A stretch of 64,000 bases of DNA, from assembly GCA_040954595.2 (NCBI GenBank), contig CM082595.2:10219918-10283917 (forward strand), written 5' to 3'. Shown piece by piece: positions 60,836 through 64,000 of this stretch. Source of the stretch: Balanoglossus misakiensis (Eukaryota > Animalia > Hemichordata). How positions within the stretch are numbered: position 1 is the stretch's first letter; every line of letters begins with the position of its first letter. Under the pieces are notes generated by a model. That model saw nothing but the letters and a program-made list of their open reading frames with translations, made no database searches and had not been told where the DNA came from. Both the position numbers and the translations under genes were made by a program.

Positions 60836-62746
60836 CAAACATTACGTCCAGTCCAAATATTCTGCCAATTTTACATCCAATGCATTCAAATAGTGGACTG
60901 CTTCGCTTTCATCCAGTTTTCATGTGCATCGTATAAGTAGACTTTTGTTTTGTCCCGTCTTTTCACCGAATTTGCTCTTTTCCAAATCTCCAACACAGAC
61001 TATGATCGTCACATTCTTGTCTGTTGTTAGAACAGCACACTGCCATATGGCATTGACTGTATACAGTTTCTGTTACCAATATCTCTGGTTTGGCATTTTC
61101 CTGTCCTCAATCTTTTGCCAGGGATTTTTGTGTCCCCAACCCGCGTGAGAATCCCACGTCTTTGAAAGTATGACTGTGACAATAAGATTCTATAAATCTC
61201 TGTTTATTTTCAGCACAAACATCATGTGGTGATTGCCCAGCTGGTAACCAATGTCCAAATGGTAACACTGTGATTTTATGCTCGGCTGGTTATTACAGTT
61301 CGGCCTTGGACAAAGGATGTCTCGCTGTACCTCTTGCATAACAGGTAAATTTCTACCCACCAACCTTTATTTCCAACATCAAACATTAGGTCAGGTAATT
61401 TACTAACTGAAAAATAGGATGGGAACATTTTCCATTTCTGTATTTAAAATTTACTGATATAATATATGAATGAAAAAATGACAATTTTTCCAAATTTGAA
61501 TAGACCTCTATTTATGAAAATAATTAAAATTTGCGCCAATTTTTTACAGTGGTATTCAAAGGTTAACTTGGTGTGTAAATTCTTTGTTTGATTTACAGAT
61601 CAGCCGGTGCTGAACAGTGTACTATTTGTGAGCAAGGGTACGCCTGCACAGATCCCAGTGCATCGCAATTCAAGTGTACCAAGGGTTACGTGTCATTGGC
61701 TGGTGCAACAAACTGTACCAGATGTACAAATGGTAAAATTGTGGTACTTGTTCAGTTTGCTGTGTGATGAAACTGAGTGGTATGTGTGTATGCATGTATG
61801 TGTTTACAACAGATTTTCAAGTCAGTGCGACTGGGGTTATGTGTGTGTGTGTATGTATGTGGTATGTGTTTACAACAGATTATCAACTCAGTGCGAAATC
61901 TTGCGAGACCCGGTTAGCCATGTGAGATCTCGCAGAGTCTTATGATATTCAGAAAATGGTTGATTAGAAATGACGTTTAATGTCCTCCAAAGAATTTTCT
62001 ACATGCCCGTATACTTGTCTCAGAATTATGAAGTGAATCATCTCAAGTAATTTGTTATTTTAAATGACACTGTATCACAAATACTTCACTAAAAACCTCA
62101 TTTTCTTTAATCAGATGAAATAAGTGAGGAGCCTGCACGCACATCCCGTCTTCTGTGCCCTGCTGGACAATCGTGTTCAGATCCAATGTAAGATCCGCTT
62201 GACTGTGGCAATGGTGAATATGCTATGGAAGGCGACGGCACATGCACGCCTTGTCCAGCAGGATCCAAGTGTCCAACCATGTCACCCGTAGTTGATTGTT
62301 CAACAGTTACTGGTAAGTTGGGCTGCAAATTACTCTTGTGACTTCCCTGTGTTATAGCATGACATACACAGAAAATTAAACTGTTATGCTCATTGGAGTT
62401 GATATTGTGATGCACTTTGAAAAACACAATGATTCCACTGAAGAGGTATTGTACAGTAACACCTGTGATTAATGACATCTCTCTAATAAGGGATCGTTGG
62501 ACCAAACCAATCGTTCTTTGAATTTTTTCTGTGATAGGTTCATACTCGCTAGGTTCGGCCACGTCCTTCTGGTTATGAATGCACAACTACAAGTGTCACA
62601 CAGTGCGCTACAGGGCAGTAAAGTGTTGAAGGAGGTAAGTCTTGAAATCTCTTTTCTTCTGGTCTCGATTTGAACATGGTTCCACAAGTTGTTTACATCA
62701 CTTGTAGTTTTACATATTTTTTTAGTTCAACAGCTATGCTATACAT

Positions 62747-63413
62747 GGTGTCCTGAGAAGTCGACCAGTATGAGAAGTCGGTATCGGCCAGTACGAGAAG
62801 TCGGCCTGTGGGAGAGAACCCTGGTACTTTGTGTTATGTATAACTGTTTCACTACGAAATGTTTCCTTGATGTACAGGAGCTGAGATATTTGTACAAATA
62901 GCCGATGAATTTTAAAACTGTCTGTTCACTTTTCATGTACGTCACCGGGGTACGTCAACATCAGTCACCTGCACTTCTTGAGCTGCGCCAGTAGTCTGTT
63001 CCTTGTCACGTTTGTTTGTTTGTTTGTTTTGTGTTGTCTCAGAAAGTATGAATATACACATACATCTTCTATGTATTTTAGTAGGCTTTGAAACAACTCC
63101 CTTTAATCAGAAATGTCACAGGAATTTGGCGAACAACCTAAGCTCCTTACGCGGATACGGGGCTGGGGAACTGGTACGGATGCCAGACGCCATTATTTGA
63201 AATGACGCCATTGTGTTGTCAAGAATTTGGGAAATCCGTCCAAATGAAAATATTTAGTGCAATTATATTTTATTAAGTGTTGTTATAAGTAATCTGGGTC
63301 ATCACTGCACTATTCGGGTACAAGTTCAACAACTGGCCGACTTCTCGTACTGGCCGACTTCTCGTACTGGCCGACTTCTCATACGCGCGTACTGGCCGAC
63401 TTCTCATGTATTC
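62747..63413. mobile_element. MULE/MuDR-like MITE with tandem 17-bp subterminal repeats
   Basis: GAGAAGTCGGCCAGTAC repeats inverted at the two ends; 8-bp TSD CTATACAT. Confidence 0.7.
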
Positions 63414-63842
63414 CTATACATTAGTGAAAATTGGGGAAACTGGTGTTTTCAGACAACTTATGAAGTCCCTTTCGCAATATTAACTCTAAAACAGTGGGTG
63501 ATATTCCTTTTAAAATTTAACCAAATAAGCATACTTGAACTCTGTCATATTGGCAAAACACTCACTACACAAGCTGTTGTTATTCTACAGACATGACATG
63601 TGCTGATTGCGGCGTAGGTAACTACTGTCCAGATGGGTCAGACAGCCCCATTCCTTGTCCATCAAGTTATTATGCTGACACAGCCACAGAAGTATCCTGT
63701 ACCCCTTGCGATCCAGGCTGTCAGTGTGCAGCAACATCACCCACTTGCCTGCACATCAAGAACCTACTCTCTGGGACCATCAACAACATGTACTCCCCTT
63801 CTACCAGGTTTGTAGTCGTCTTAGTCGTAAAAACATATTTAA

Positions 63843-64000
63843 GGTGTTGCGCACCTCGAAATAAAGGGTCGTCTGATCATGTTAAAATTAATACTAATGA
63901 TACTATGACTTCTAAACATTTAATCTATGGAATAAAAATTGGGGGTCAACCATCTAGAGTTTTGAAAAAGCGCCCTTTATCTAGCACCTCTTTCAGATTT
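63843..64000. mobile_element. Probable left end of a Kolobok-like element running off the window
   Basis: TTAA followed by GGTGTTGCGCACCTCG and a subterminal GGGGGTCA motif; the other end is not visible. Confidence 0.35.

Larger units (their letters stand above)
59191..63807 (+). pseudogene. Pseudogene fragment of a Cys-rich CPAG-repeat (GCC2/GCC3, ephrin-receptor-like) protein; exons 59191-59423, 61214-61344, 61599-61732, 62115-62312, 62538-62634, 63591-63807
   Basis: AG/GT exons encoding e.g. CGDCPAGNQCP, CTICEQGYAC, CTPCPAGSKCP, CADCGVGNYCP; frameshifts and stops (DPM*, GQ*) in five of six exons. Confidence 0.8.

Overview
This is AT-rich, intron-containing animal genomic DNA (probably a marine invertebrate; the taxon is inferred only from the repeat repertoire), and I found no intact host gene. 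Most of the window is a direct tandem duplication: copy 1 at ~3885-33223 and copy 2 at ~34504-55840, separated by a 1.3 kb G/C-run repeat block. Each copy carries a disabled MED25 gene fragment (VWA and ACID-start exons) followed by four disabled calcium-binding EGF exons. One intron holds a large decayed Academ-type DNA transposon whose transposase contains an in-frame OTU cysteine-protease domain, which is the best novelty candidate here. The only intact long ORF is the gag-pol of a full-length BEL/Pao LTR retrotransposon (10629-18630, apparently identical 681-bp LTRs, ATTTT TSD), whose empty site survives in copy 2. The copies also differ by several precise transposon insertions and microhomology deletions. 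The window holds many MITEs (Transib-, Kolobok-, piggyBac-, IS3EU-, MULE-, Tc1-, Harbinger-, Academ- and AcademH-like), several hairpin-headed Crypton-like elements and L2/CR1 fragments. A third pseudogene with Cys-rich CPAG (GCC2/GCC3-like) repeats lies at the right end. All calls come from reading the sequence by eye; no searches were run.
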